Positions 25,487 to 38,797 of a stretch of 64,000 bases of DNA are shown in pieces. Positions within the stretch are counted from its first letter, which is position 1; every line of letters begins with the position of its first letter. The notes beneath the pieces are model-generated. The model did no database searches and was not told where the DNA came from. It saw nothing but the letters and a program-made list of their open reading frames with translations. The position numbers were made by a program, and so were the translations under genes. The stretch is taken from assembly GCA_900088475.1 (NCBI GenBank), contig FLMG01001274.1, positions 27,296 to 91,295 on the forward strand, given 5' to 3'. This stretch comes from Hyphochytrium catenoides (Eukaryota > Protista > Hyphochytriomycota).

Positions 25487-28400
25487 CTAGGTAAATATGC
25501 TCAGAGTAAGACCTGTCAAAATTCCAGGTGGAGCAGGAGAGCAAGACAGAAAGCGACCAGAGAGTCAGCAAGTAGGAGATAGAGCCGTGTGGCCGTAGCT
25601 ACAGTCTCCATCCTTGTGATTCCCGTTATATGACCGTCTAGAACCTTTCCCACATCATCTACCACCTCTCTCTTTGCTTTACTTAGTCCAACATGATCTT
25701 TGGTCTCTGTTCGCTCCCCTGCTTCTCTCCTATAAGCTTGCTTACCTTCTGCCCCAGCGTACTGCTTCTGTTGTAGTCTTTCCTCCTCTTCCAAGCTGTT
25801 CAGTGCTTCTACAAGCTCGTCACCAGCCACAAGCTTCAGGACCTCCGCCTTGCGCTGCCGCAACACGGACGAAAGGCGAGGATCTGATCCGCGAACCTCA
25901 ATCCTGCCACCCAGGAACACTCCTGGCAGAGGCATTTGGGTTGTTAGCACGGCACGATAGAGAGCTCTGACCAGAACCTCGCCTACTTCTGTTCTTTCTC
26001 GCCTGACATCCCAATCGTTTTGCCTTCTTCTCTGCTTTCCGTTCCTCTGTTCCCATTACTTCTCACACGTCAGCTGCTCTCTTTCCAACTCTCCTATCTC
26101 TGCTCCCTTACTGCTTTGTCATATCTATCTTCTTTCTCTCTTGTTCCTGAGATACCACCTTCTCCTTGTAGAAGCAGGCGATGGCTACTGACCTTCCCGC
26201 TTATCGTCTTCAAGTACACACAAGCTAATAGTGATGCCCACATGTGAGCCTCGGAAGGTGTTGGACAGGTAGGAAGCCTTTCGAAGAGATATAAATCAAG
26301 CTTAGTGTGTGTCACAAGGGTCGCAGGGAGGCGAGAGCGAGAGGAAGTGAGAGTGTCAACGACTGAGAAAGGGAGGTGGAGATATACTTGACCAGATGAT
26401 CAAGATGGCGGGCAAGGCTTGAAAGAAGCTAACATCAGAAGAAAACAGGAAAAGTAATAGTTGATCTAAGTAGACACACACCGTCCAAAGTCCGCTCCCA
26501 GTAGGTGGCAATGGAAACACTGGCTGTAGCTTGTGAGAGTGCCTCAACGCGATCCTGTCAAAGAGACTCTTGGGCTCTGTCTCTTTTCCCAAGAGTCGCC
26601 TCTGGGGGCTCCTAACTACGACAAAAGCCGCATGGTCCATGCTACTCACCAGCCATGGCGGGGAAGTGGGAAGGGAAAGAAGTCAGTTAGGCGAGATACG
26701 TGAGCAGAGCAGCAGGACATAAGTGGGGAGCAGTTAGAGGGCGATTTAAGAAAGTATCAGGGGCGTCTGTGAGGCGGAACAGCGAAAATCTCGAATAGCA
26801 TTAAGGATAGATGGCTGCCTGTTGAAGCCAGTCACAAATTTTGTGTCGGTACCGCTGCCAAAGCTCCCTGAAAGACTCCAATCGAGCCTGAGATGTGTGC
26901 GGCCGAACTAGCATCACCTCTAGAGGCAGGAGGTACGGCTGAGGCTGTAGTACAATGTCCTGTACATTGAGAGACAGTGTGAGAGCTTTCTTGAGGTGAA
27001 GGAGGGATACAGACAATGGATATGAAGTTGTACCACAGAAACTGAGAGCCAGGGTTAACGAGACAAGCTCAGCAGAGAAGCTGTACAGAGAAGGGGAAGA
27101 GATGGCTAACGAACCTTGGGTCGCTGCGGCGCTTGAGCGGTGCCACGAGACCCTGCACCCTCTGTTTCTGTTCGCTGGCCGCCTGACTCTTCGGTCACTT
27201 CACTCTCGTCCGCACCTTCAAAGATTATCTACGAGGACAATCTATCAAAAGCCAGCCAGAATCTTGATCCCCAGGGCTACAAACGCTGAAAGACAAGCAC
27301 AGGTGTGCAAGAGCTAGCGAGAACAAGGAACGTTGGTCTAAGGAAGCGAAAAGCAGTGTTCAACGGGCTGGAGAAAGCAAAATCTGAATAGAACAAAAGG
27401 GATAGTAACCGAAAGGGCTATGGGACAATTGCAATCGACACCTAGCGCAAGAGAGTGATCCCCAAAGGAAGCTGAATGAGTCACTGGCCACCTGCAATCC
27501 TACGCTAAATGATCCAACATCTAGCATCACAAGCCTAGTCTCCCAGAACACACTAGCGTGAGGCACCAAGGAGCCTTCTAGGTGGAAAGACGAGTCTGAC
27601 TGTCCGCTGGACAGCGTTGCGGGGCCGGAGAAGTCTGAGACAAACCTAATCAAGTCAGGGTAAGAGGTAGTCCTTTGAATGGCCGCAAATGTAGGTAGTA
27701 TATTTACAGTGCAGATGCCCATACCGAATAGAGGAGAGCCTGATGTTCGTCATGTTAAAGCAGCAGAACCTCACCAGCACCTCACCTCCAGGAAGCACCA
27801 AGTGTTGAGCAATAACCTACACGAGGAAAAGAGTATGAGAACGCTAAAAGGTAGAGTGACACGGCTTGCTCGTTGTTGCAAAGGCAACAAAGTTCACAAG
27901 CCTGTCGATAATCCCAAAGAAAAGAACCTTCACTGGGTCAGAACTCCCTGTCATGGTATAAGACTCTTCGTCATCGTCGAGCTCCATCGGCCCAAGACCC
28001 GCGGCACAGGTCCCAGTCTCCTGACGCCCTGAAGAGGCGAAGCGATAAAACTCTATCGCCATTGGTGACTGGCTCCACCCCACAGCAGGAGGCAGTTGAC
28101 TCACGAGGTACTCAGGAACAGGCTCCCGTTGCAGAAGGATGTTCATCATCTACGCGGTGCACAAAGAGTCAAGTCACAGATTGATAACTTTTGGCGCTCT
28201 CTCCCTAAAGTCGCGAGTCGCAGCAGCTCTATTCCGAGCCCCTTAAGCAATCTATCCATTTGCGGTCGAGGTTTGTCTAGCTGTTTTCCTCTTTTCCTCT
28301 CTCCAACAGCTAAAACGCTAGTTCGACGCCATTGCTTGTCCCGTAATGGGCCGGAGTGCTCTCTCATGCTCTCTCTCTCTCTCTCTCTCTCTTCCTCTCT

Positions 28401-31400
28401 CTCTTCCTCACTCTCGCTCTTTTCCTCTCTCTTCCTTTCTGTCTTTCTCTAATGTGCCCTCTTTCGACTTCCTGTCACTCTTCATTCTCATTTTGTCATC
28501 TGTCTGCAAGAGTAGATTCAGAGTACGCGATTGTCATCCTACATTATCTCCGGGAGGCTTTTTCTTCTTGTCCAGAAGATCTAATGCTGACTCGAAGCTA
28601 CAGGGCCCACAAAAGACGAAGCAATACATGTGAGAACTTGATTTCAGAGGAGGAACTTTAAGTAGTATTATCCTACCTCTTGACACCGAGAATAGAGGTC
28701 TTTTCAGCCAGTTCTGAGTACGCAGTCGTTAGGCCAGAGCGAACCGCTTCTGACATTGTTGGGAAACTGTCAAGTGAACAAATCCGCGTAACTTAGTTAG
28801 CCGAAGGGAAAGAGACAATGGAAAGGGGCTGCAAAGAGAAATGAGAAGGGGCAGCACGGGAAACGAGGACAGTAAACAGTTCTTACCGTCTCGCCAAGAG
28901 TAGAGCTGAGTGGATACCCAGCTCTACAGTGGCGTCGTAGCTCTCACTGCGCGGTGCAGAGTCCGTTGTTCCTCCTCCTAACTTGCCCTGAAGAAAGCGT
29001 TCGTGCCTCTGGGCTTGGTAAGCCTTCATGACAGACCAATGGACCGTTAGTGTGAGAAAGATTAGAGCGGACCACCTATTTACCTAAGCAAAGAGTAGAC
29101 GAAGCAATGCTATAAGTCCAAGATCAAGATGCCATATTAGAGAGCAATGGCTCCCCCATATGCTAAACAGCCTTTAGTCAGTGAACTAGCTCCAGAAGAA
29201 AAAGAAAGAGAGGCAGGTGTCTAAGCTTGACGAGAAAGAGGCTCCCTCCTCTACCTTCATCGCCTCATTGTTACGCATTTCGAGTAGAATGTGATGGAGC
29301 AGGTCCTGGCCTAGAACATTTTCATCGAATTCCTCGGCCGGATCTTCGACAGGTTGGGCAGCATTCCCAAGGCTGACATCTTAGCAGTAAGTAAGGGTCA
29401 GACCATCGCTAGTTCATCTCATATGAGACCTGTTCACATCCCAGAAAGGATCTGTGCCTTCTCCTGCATAGACTCGACGGCTATTCTCTGTTTCTCACCA
29501 AATCTCGTCCTCTCCTGTCTCTATCTCTCTCAACCTCGATCTGCCTAGAGATGGTCTGAAGGTCCCTCGTCGTCTGAACTGTTTCGCCAGTGCTTTTCGT
29601 CCAACGATCGTGAGCGACTATAGACTCTCTTCCCATGCTTTATCTATTAAAGCCCTCCCCCACTGCCACTTATGCCTCTTAGAATTGCTTTCTTACCTCG
29701 GGTAAAGCCCCAATAAAGAGCAAGAAGATGGAGGAGACCGATACGAATGCTGGGTGTACGTATCTCAGCAAGCCACCACTCCAAGAGATTATCCAGCACT
29801 CTACTGAACCGCTGTTGGAACTCTCCCACATCCTCTAGCCCTAAAAGTAGCAAGAAAAGGCGCTCGGTACACGAAGAGTAGTGAAGAAAGAATAACGACT
29901 AGCTCGGGAGGAAAGAGGAAGAGGTACGAGCCCAGCTTCAAGAGACTGAGTCTGTTACAGAGAGGCCAAGCTCGTAGCGACGATGCACAAGGCTGTGAGA
30001 GAGAGCTAAAGCCATCATGCTACCATAGGAAGAAAAAACTTACCCAGCCTAACACGATTGTCATGAGACGTCAGAAGGTGTCCTACCACGTGAAGACAAT
30101 AGAGATAGAACCAGGCATCCAGACAGTTGGTAGGACTCTCTCGCACCCAACCCATAGAAGAGATGGTGAACTCGAGGACCTTAAGACAGGCATCCAGCTC
30201 CATACGCAGAGGAGTTGAAGGTAGAAGAGAGACCGCATTTCCGGATTCTTTTTGATCAGCCTTTAATGCTTTGTAGGCTTTAACCAATATGCCCGATGGC
30301 AGGAGAAAGTGCCCTAAAAGCGCAGCCACAAGTTCTGTTCGCTGCTGAGCACGGGCAGTGTTCTGCAAGGTAAACAGGCTAAGCTTTCACCTTTATCGTA
30401 CAGCTCGTCTGGATGTCTCNNNNNNNNNNNNNNNNNNNNNNNNNNNNNNNCTGTCTCTCTTACCTCCAGCAGAGATTTACACCAGTTGTCTTCCATGAGG
30501 AGAGCAACAGGAACATCTTGGAAGCTCTGTGCCTTCTCAGTCACGCGTTTTATCGCCATGTCCAGGATTTTTAGTGTTAGTGAGAAACGCGTGCTGAGAG
30601 AATCGTGGTCAGTGGGGGCATTGAAAGGAGGGGAGAGGAGAGGGGAGCACCTCATGTCTTTTATTTCTAGGCACACAGCCAAGACCTGGGGTAGGTGGTG
30701 CCAAATATCGTCAACATACGCCCATTGAAAGCTGCGATAAAGGAGTTCGGTGCCCTGCGCACAAGACAAATAGCAAAGGACAGTAAGATAGGAGGCACCT
30801 GCTATAAAGGGGAAGAGGATGAAGGTAAGAGTAAAAAGACTGAAAGAAGAGGAACGGAAGTTGGAGTCAAGTAAGATTCATGGGCAGAAAGATGGGCTTC
30901 AGAGACAACTGTTTGCCGTTGTCATGGGATAGGCTTATGCGGCGCAGTTGCCAGGCCACTCACCGTCTCTCTGAACGCGGTTATCGTGGGTCCATGTCGC
31001 ATAGAACAAGAGAGCATCCCCTTGATAAGAGCGGACATCCACTCGCCTTTGTGCTCATCAAACTGGTGTCAGAAGCAGTTAGGACGATTCATGTTGAGAC
31101 ATAACGTCAAGCCTGTACTTCCTCTTCGACAATCTCTCCTTTAGTTCTTACCAGCGGAGATTCACAGAGTCTAAGACAGCCGTTAGCTGCAGCTGCCACT
31201 GCAGAAGGATCCGTCTCCCTAGAGGTAAGACGAAGATTGGAAACAAGATAAGACATGCGCCGTCAGTGCTCCCAGTAGTCTCTCCTTTTTACCGAAGAAG
31301 AGGGATGAGCTCCTGTGTAATCCAGGAGAAGGCTATGTGGTCTGCACGGACAGAGTAAGCGGTCCCAGTGGATTGGTCTTCTAACAGTACGGCAGGCTTA

Positions 31401-32958
31401 TACAGCTCAGGGTGCTTGTACGCCCCGCTGCTGGCTAGTTGGTGCTCTACCAGCACTGCGAATACCTCGACAGCTGCAGGTCGTCGTTAGTTAGCTTGAG
31501 GCGCGTAAGGACTTTGTAGACAAAAGCAGGCCAAGGGAACAGAACGAGATGACTAAATCGCAGAGAAGGAGCGTTAGCCACTAAAGAAAGAGAGAGGGGA
31601 GGCCCTAACGGCCGAACGCACGCAGAAGCAAGCACTTGGTCCAAGAGCGATGAGGAAGACACTGCCGCTGTTTGAGAGACTAGTAAAGAGAGGCAGACTC
31701 ACTAGGAGCATTCGGAGAACAGGATCAGAAGCACGGGAGAAAGAAAGACAAAGAGGAATCCGAGTCCGAAGCCGAGAGGCAAGGACGGAGAAAGACAAAG
31801 GGATAGGAAAGAAGATAGTATAAGCGTCAGGGGTCTTCCCATCTCACCAGCAGGCTTTTGTCTCACACTGAGCGAGCGAAAAGATTCTAGAACGCGGCTA
31901 TAGTTGGTTTGAAGCATCGCTAACACGGTGGCCATCAGCGGCCCGACCAATGGGTTGCCACTAAGGCCATGGTCTTCCCTGACTTGCTTCTGTGCCTCGC
32001 CTCCCTCTATGGGGCGACGCTGTAGGCTGGATATCTTGGCTCTCCTTGCTTCGTTTAACAGTTCACTGATAGCAGAAAACGCTTGTGCGGCCACGGCGGG
32101 GGAGGGGTTCATAGTCAACTGAACAATGTCTTTCCACACATCTTCCGCAGCGTTCTTGCAATCTGAAACTGCCTATTGGCAATCAAAGCCATTGTCAGAG
32201 AGAGTATATGCCAGGGATAGAGACAAAGAGTGTGTGCATGACAGGATCGAGAAAGTGCCGAGCAACGTGAGGTTTTGCTGGCGAGGAGTTAGATAGCAGC
32301 CCAAGAGGGGCCCAGTATAGCGTCCAGAGGGGAGGGAAAGTCAGTGGTATCGCTTTAGACCTGAGCTCTCTCTTCTGCAGAGTCGTATGTCTTCGCTCCT
32401 AGCGGACCGTAAGATGCAGCGGCGCCTTGAGTGCAAAGAAAAAGCTTGAGAGTGATGTTGGCTGAGACCTCAATGGCCGCTCTCTGCATCGCTTCATTTT
32501 CATGGTGCAAACCCGCCTGGAGCTTGGATAAAAGGCCTCCGGGGGCAAGTGCAAGATCTACTAATGCGGCGTCCGGAGCTGCAGATAGCGTTCTGAAGAC
32601 GCAGATCATCATTCCGGGGTCATTTTTCTCTCCCAGGGCCAACTCCTGACTGATTACGGGCAGTATCTGTGCCCATAGGGCTGTATCTAGCCAGACGTAA
32701 GACTTCAAGAAGGCGAAGGACAGAATCCTCACGCTTCGGCTCATTTCTGGCTTGATCCCGTGCTACAGAGAGGAGGTCAACGTTTGCTGTAGCTCGATAA
32801 CTAGAAGCATAGGGTGTGCGTACCTCAATAATTGCCTCGACAGCTGCATGAGCGACAGGCTTTCCAGTCCCTGCCGCCCGTAGCAGCTTGGAGATTGCTT
32901 GGCAAAGCTTGTTAGCATCTACGGAGGAAGAGCTCGAAAAGAGCTTTGCAGCCTCCAT
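25487..32958 (-). CDS. TPLATE: TPLATE-like large (beta-type) subunit of the TSET/TPLATE adaptor complex, many exons; ends approximate
   Basis: The N-terminal solenoid aligns by eye to plant TPLATE (AAGTGKPVAHAAVEAIIE ~ SAAGRDISVIAKSAVEEI; LWAQILPVISQEL; DPGMM..F..LSAAP; VWKDIVQLTMNPSPAVAAQAFSAISELLNE ~ WWARIGQNMLDKSDAVSKVAFESVGRLFQE). Appendage motifs TMTGSSDP and QPYLLPL.......FRELW are present. Confidence 0.75.
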
Positions 32959-33348
32959 GACCGGGGTACGTAATACTGGAACTTCTTGGCAGGCGTACGC
33001 CTCACACCGTCACACCGATGAAGAAATAACCCTCTCTTTAGAGCACGATACGCATAGCTTCTGCCCGTCGGGTGCTGCGTCAAGAAGCTAGCAAAAGAGA
33101 CCTGAGGCAAATCTCTAAAGCAGATAGGACGCCACCGGAAGGCCTCGCAGCATTCAGAGATGAAGACGAAGACTCAAATCTCTGGAAGTGGATGAGAGGA
33201 AATCTGAAGCTTCACCTACAGATTCCAAAGGCCACAGCGGGCTAAATGATTATCATCAGCGTCTAGATATTGATAATCATAGCTTCACTTGTAACGCCTT
33301 TTGTTGGGAAGAAAGGTTGCTGGTTGGGGTGGATGGACTGAAAAAGGT

Positions 33349-33407
33349 GTCTCTCTCTCTCTCTCTCTCTCTCTCGTTCTCTCTCTCTCTCGTTCTTCCC
33401 TCTCGGC

Positions 33408-33447
<40 letters not shown>

Positions 33448-33458
33448 CTCCCTCTCTT

Positions 33459-33505
<47 letters not shown>

Positions 33506-33690
33506 CTTTGCAGCTCATTCTTTCGTTCCCCTCTCTGCTCTGTCTCTCTATCTCCCGTTTCTAGCTCGCTCTGTCTTTATCTCCCCTTTCGTCCCTCTCT
33601 TTCTCTGGGTACCCCTCCACTCTTCTAGTTCTCTCGCTCTGTCTCTCGATCCATCTCAAGTCACACGCTTCTCTCTCTCTCTCTCTCTGT
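33349..33690. repeat. (CT)n microsatellite block
   Basis: Long imperfect CT dinucleotide runs. Confidence 0.95.
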
Positions 33691-34102
33691 GTCTGGCGGG
33701 AGCGAAGGAAAGAAGAGGTCCAAGCACCTACTGATAGAAGACTCACAATGGCCATTGACCATCCCAAGAGGCTGCTAAGCAGAGAATGCAGCATAATACC
33801 GCCGTCGAGTCGAGCGACTATTGACTATCTGAGCATGAGGCGAACTCCAATCTTCATCGTTCCATCCTCTCATTGACAATGGAGCACGACTAACGTAGAT
33901 CATCAGCAAGGCAAAGCGTTGTGGCAGCAGTAGAACGTAATTGCTTAGGGCAGTGATCTCTATGACTACTTTGAATGCTAGTCCTTCACTTCCGGGTTCA
34001 GCTAATAAATAAAGAAGGGCAGCTTTGAAGAAAGGAAGGATAGATGACAGACTGGAGCAGGGAAGAAGAACTAGTCCTGGTGCTCTTCTAAAGCATCACT
34101 TC

Positions 34103-34627
34103 TTAGAGCTTGACGCGGTAGTTCTGTCCGTACTTGCTGTCCCACTTCTGCTCCTTCTCCATGAAGAACGCCACCTGAACATTCCAAGTCTTAGGTGTTC
34201 CATCCGCTTCAAATGCATCGAGGAAGAGAGCCTTGTCCTCTGACGCTGGGGGATCAAAGGTCCAGCAGCAGGAGAGGTTGCGAACGTCATTGATCTCAAG
34301 GTAGTGATAGCGGTAGAGATTCCTTAGCTTGAACTGTCCCGACCGCGAGTTGAGCTGCACCCAGACGCTGATATCTCCTCCAGCTTCGTGCATGAGATAG
34401 CCCTCGTAGCGAACCACCAGCCGGGGAAAGGTGGAGTTCTTGTTGATGGAGCAGATACGCACGGCTCCATCATCAGCACACTCAGATGAGACGACGGCAT
34501 TAGGCGGAGGAGAGAAGCGTCCGTCGTCTGGAGTCTTAGCAGTCTCTTCCGCCAGAATCTGAGCGACGTTCAGAGAGAGGAATGCCCCCAGAAAGAGGAT
34601 GAAGAGGCTTGAGAGATTTCTCGACAT
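34103..34627 (-). CDS. Intronless secreted protein with C-terminal carbohydrate-binding-module-like (WDSxxGxNY) signature
   Basis: Signal peptide MSRNLSSLFILFLGAFLSLNVAQILA; four Cys; C-terminus WNVQVAFF....KWDSKYGQNYRVKL resembles the CBM21/CBM25-type WD(N/S)xxGxNY motif. Confidence 0.7.
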   Translation of the reverse strand: MSRNLSSLFILFLGAFLSLNVAQILAEETAKTPDDGRFSPPPNAVVSSECADDGAVRICSINKNSTFPRLVVRYEGYLMHEAGGDISVWVQLNSRSGQFKLRNLYRYHYLEINDVRNLSCCWTFDPPASEDKALFLDAFEADGTPKTWNVQVAFFMEKEQKWDSKYGQNYRVKL

Positions 34628-35033
34628 GCTGACTGATAGCGTTGAAACGTGCAAGTCGTCAGGCTTGAAGAGGTTTCTGGCTTCTCCTCCGCGTCGATTG
34701 TTTGCGGCTATTTCGATTCTTGTTGATGCGGAAACTTAGAGAATGAACAGGAGAATGAGAGAGAACGCTGTTGACGTCTTTCCTGCCGGAGGCTGAAGGA
34801 TTGCCATGAGACTATGGTGCAAGGAAAGTGAGAGAGAGAGAGAGAGAGAGAGGAAGTAGTGACATTAAGGGAGAGGGAGAGAGAATGTTCTGATGGGCGA
34901 AGAAGATGTTACGACGCTCGGTCATGGACGTTTAGCCCTTCGTTAATCTTGCTGTGACCGTTCTCCAGTTTACTTTGACTGTTCCTCTTCTTCCTATATC
35001 TTCACCTTTTGTCGCTGCTCCGCCAGAGCTCCG

Positions 35034-35088
<55 letters not shown>

Positions 35089-35343
35089 CTTCAGTCACAA
35101 GGCCTCATAATGCGAGCCATGGGTGACCACTGTAGACCATCAGCTCCTCCTGCCAAACCGAAAGAGAAAGTTATGACATTGCAAGGCTAAGGCCAAAGCC
35201 GGGCACTGCGTAGGATAGGAAAGAGGAACGAAGATCACGATCCCCGCAGTTGGTGGGGCATATCATTATCCATCCTCTTCCTCTCTCTCTGGTCATGTCT
35301 CTCTGCCTCTCTCTGCCCCTTCTTCCCCTCTCTCTCTATCCCT

Positions 35344-35391
<48 letters not shown>

Positions 35392-36879
35392 ATCGCGTAA
35401 ACGACAGCGTAGGAGAAAAGCGAGAGATACTTCTGGAAGGTCGAAGCGTAGTGACATTTAGACTCTTATCAGAACAGGAACGACGACAAGTCGCTGCGTC
35501 TGCCCTTCACCTGCTCCTTGTGCCGCTTCGAAGGAATCTCCTCTCCCGTTGCCGTCTTACAAGCCATTCTCTCTTCCCGCGGTCACCACCAGTAGCTTGT
35601 AAGAGTAGATCAGTAGTAGATCTCTCTCTTCCTCCTGATTGGAGATACTCTTCCTTCTCATGGCTGGCAACCGTTGGTCTTTGTGCCTCTTCGCTCTCGA
35701 AGGTCGCGTAGTGTCCAAAGTGCTGATTTCCTACATACTCTTCTCTCCCCTCTCNNNNNNNNNNNNNNNNNNNNNNNNNNNNNNNNNNNNNNNNNNNNNN
35801 NNNNNNNNNNNNNNNNNNNNNNNNNNNNNNNNNNNNNNNNNNNNNCTCTTTTCTCTCTCCCCTACTGGCTCTCTCTCACCAAGAGGAGCCAGTAATCTAG
35901 AAGCAGATACTGTCACACCTCTGGATCCCCCGACCCCAAACAACACAATAGATACTACTTAAAGCGCCAATTATTAACAGTCTAACATCACTATGGCCAA
36001 ATCCAGTTCTAGCCGCTAACGTCATACTCTTTCTTTCCGCATCTTATTACACAGCACTATGGAATAAGCCCTATTATGTCCTAATAAAAGAGAATGTGAG
36101 TTTGACGGAAGGAGGTGCTTTAAGTTGTCCAAATCTAATCCACAACGAACATCCGCATCAATTGCTTCGCGTCCCTCTTAAAGAGCAGCAGCGTCGTAAC
36201 AGGAAGAAGAGTCTCCATTCTTTCTCTCTCTCTGTCTCTTCTCTCTCTCTCTCTCTCTCTCCTCTCCTCTCCCTCTCTCTCTCTTCCCCCTCCCTCTCCC
36301 TCTCTCTCTCTCTCTATATCTCTGAATGCGTATCTTGCAGTCTCTGGCTGTTTGCGTCAACTGCCGCCTAGGGAAAGTCCCTGTCTCCTCCTCCACTCCT
36401 GTCTCGTCTCTCTACTCTCGGGACAAAGATGTCCCTTCTTTCTGCTCCACTTCTTTTTATATTCCTTCCTTCTCTGGCTGCGGTGCGAGGAGTTCAGGGT
36501 TCAGGAAGCTTCATGGCCTGTCTCACTGGTTGGTTCTCTTCTCTTTTGGCCCTCTGCGTGTCAAATCGTCCACCTCCATCGCTCTCTTTCTCTTACCCTC
36601 CCTCTCCTCTTTCCCTCTTTCTTTGTCTCGTGTCTTCCTTCCAGAGCGCGGCTGTCTGTCCATTGTTCGCTCTTTACGATGCCATGGACCACCGCTGAAA
36701 ATGTTACGACTGGCGCTTCTCCGTCCACCTGAGAATGGGCCAGTCAGAAGTGATGGAGTTATGACGCTACTGATGCAGAGACACGACTCTTCGGGCTGAT
36801 TGGGGAAAGAAGGAAGGGAGAACAGCCTGCGGGGGCGAAAGTAAAGTTGGAGAGAGCGAGAGAGACCGAGAGAGAAAAA

Positions 36880-36925
<46 letters not shown>

Positions 36926-37271
36926 CTGGATCACATGCGACCTTAGACAGGATAGGTGACACGCTCTGAGGCGGCCAATAAGACGAAGTTGGAAGGAAGC
37001 AGACAGAGTGACACATTCACAAAAAAAGAAGATCCTCTCTGTCTTCGCACCGTTCTTGTCGGTCACCACTCTCTGGCGGAAGGAGAGAGTCTTATCACTT
37101 GGGCGTGAGGAGAGGAGGAAGAAAGAGAAAAGGGAGATTCTCCCGGGGAGTGAAGGAGTGGATTCTGGGAGCTGAAGAACAAGAGGAACATCCCCGTTCT
37201 CGTAGGGCAAGAACTTGCGAGGAAGGTAGAGTGCACAAAGAGAAAAGGGAAGTACGGGAGTAAACAAATAA

Positions 37272-37310
<39 letters not shown>

Positions 37311-38475
37311 AAAAGAGAGAAAGAGAGAATACAGAGGGGGTGATGCGGGAGACAAGTGAGGAGAGAGAGAGGAAGAAAAGCTGCAAAAACAAAAACGATT
37401 AGTAGACAACAAGGACGATAGACTTTCCCTCTGAAAGGTACAAAAGAATCACTTTCTCTCGTCCCTCGCTTGGCTCTCTTCCTTCTCTTTCCCTACTGAC
37501 TTATTGGTCCGTCTGGGCAAGAAAGTAGCCGAAGAAAGAGAGAGTCAGACGTAGAAAGAGAGAGAGAGGGAGAAGAGTTCTGGGATCGGCAGGGCTGCAG
37601 GAACGTTGGAAGGGTGATGTGAACGGAAGAGGCAACAATTGGAGAGAGGCGAGGGAAGATGAAGACAGTCTCCTTCGGAGACAAGGAGTTCTTACTAAGC
37701 AAGACCTTCAAGCAAGTAATGGAGAAGAGAGAAGAGAGAGAGAGAGAGAGGATAAAGCCTATGCTTACGGCTCTTTGGTGCCTCAATTAACTAGCTTCAG
37801 TTCGACGTGACTGACTGCTGCCGCTTTTAAGGGGATCTTTCTCTTCCAACTCTCTCTCTCGCTCTCTTTTCGCTTTTACTTTTCTCTCTTTGCTCTCTCT
37901 CTTTATCTGCCAGCTGGTGTCTCTCTGACGGCAGTCATAGTACTGTTCTCTTCTCTTTCTGATGTTCCCTATGCATCAAGATCTCTCATGCTTACCTGCA
38001 ATCTTAATAAATGTCTCTCGTGGTGTGAGACTGCCCTGGACCATCTGATCTAGTGCTGTTGGAAGGGGATGGTGCTGGGACGATGATGGTGAGCCGTCAA
38101 CTCGTTGACAGCGCTGCGAAGACTTTTTCTCCCTATTCTCTTCTTCCCCCACTCTCTCTCTCTCCCTCCCTTCCCCTCTCTTATTGCTGTAGACTCTCTG
38201 TTTGAGACCGGAGGCATGCTTATAGCAGAGCAATGGTCCATCACAGGGCTTATCTCTCCTTCGCAGTGTCTTTCTCCCATCTGTAACTCATCCCGCTGGT
38301 ATTCCTGCCTCTCTCTAGACAACAGAAATAAAAGAGCAGTGATCTGTAAGCGTGTACGCCATTGCTTCTTTCCCTCTCTCTCTCTCCATCTGTGAGTCTT
38401 GTATGTGTCTCGCTTCGTCTCTCTTGACAAACAGGCGGAATGGGAAGTTAGCTGTAAGGCTACACGGCATACGCT

Positions 38476-38563
<88 letters not shown>

Positions 38564-38797
38564 ACCCGCAACCACCCCTTCTTAGGTAGCAACAGTATTG
38601 AAATTCATAGTCTTTTCATAGATTTATACAAGGCAAAGCACACGGAGCCCAATCAAGAGCTTCCTCTGATACTCTCTTTCTTTCTCTCTCTCCCTCTCTC
38701 TCCCTCTCATCTTTGTTCCTCATTTCATTCTCTCTGCTCAGCACATGGGGAAAGGGCCCTAAAGAAGAGCATGAGGACTCTTCTCTAGCCCACTTCC

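Noticed and set aside
30420-30450. N-gap apparently disrupting the TPLATE-like coding sequence
   Set aside because: The gap lies between a GTAAG donor and a CAG acceptor on the minus strand, so it is intronic.
33188-38788. Many SLSLSL/RERERE ORFs in the ORF track (here and at 18 kb, 41-50 kb, 59-64 kb)
   Set aside because: They are translations of CT/GA microsatellites or antisense shadows of real genes.
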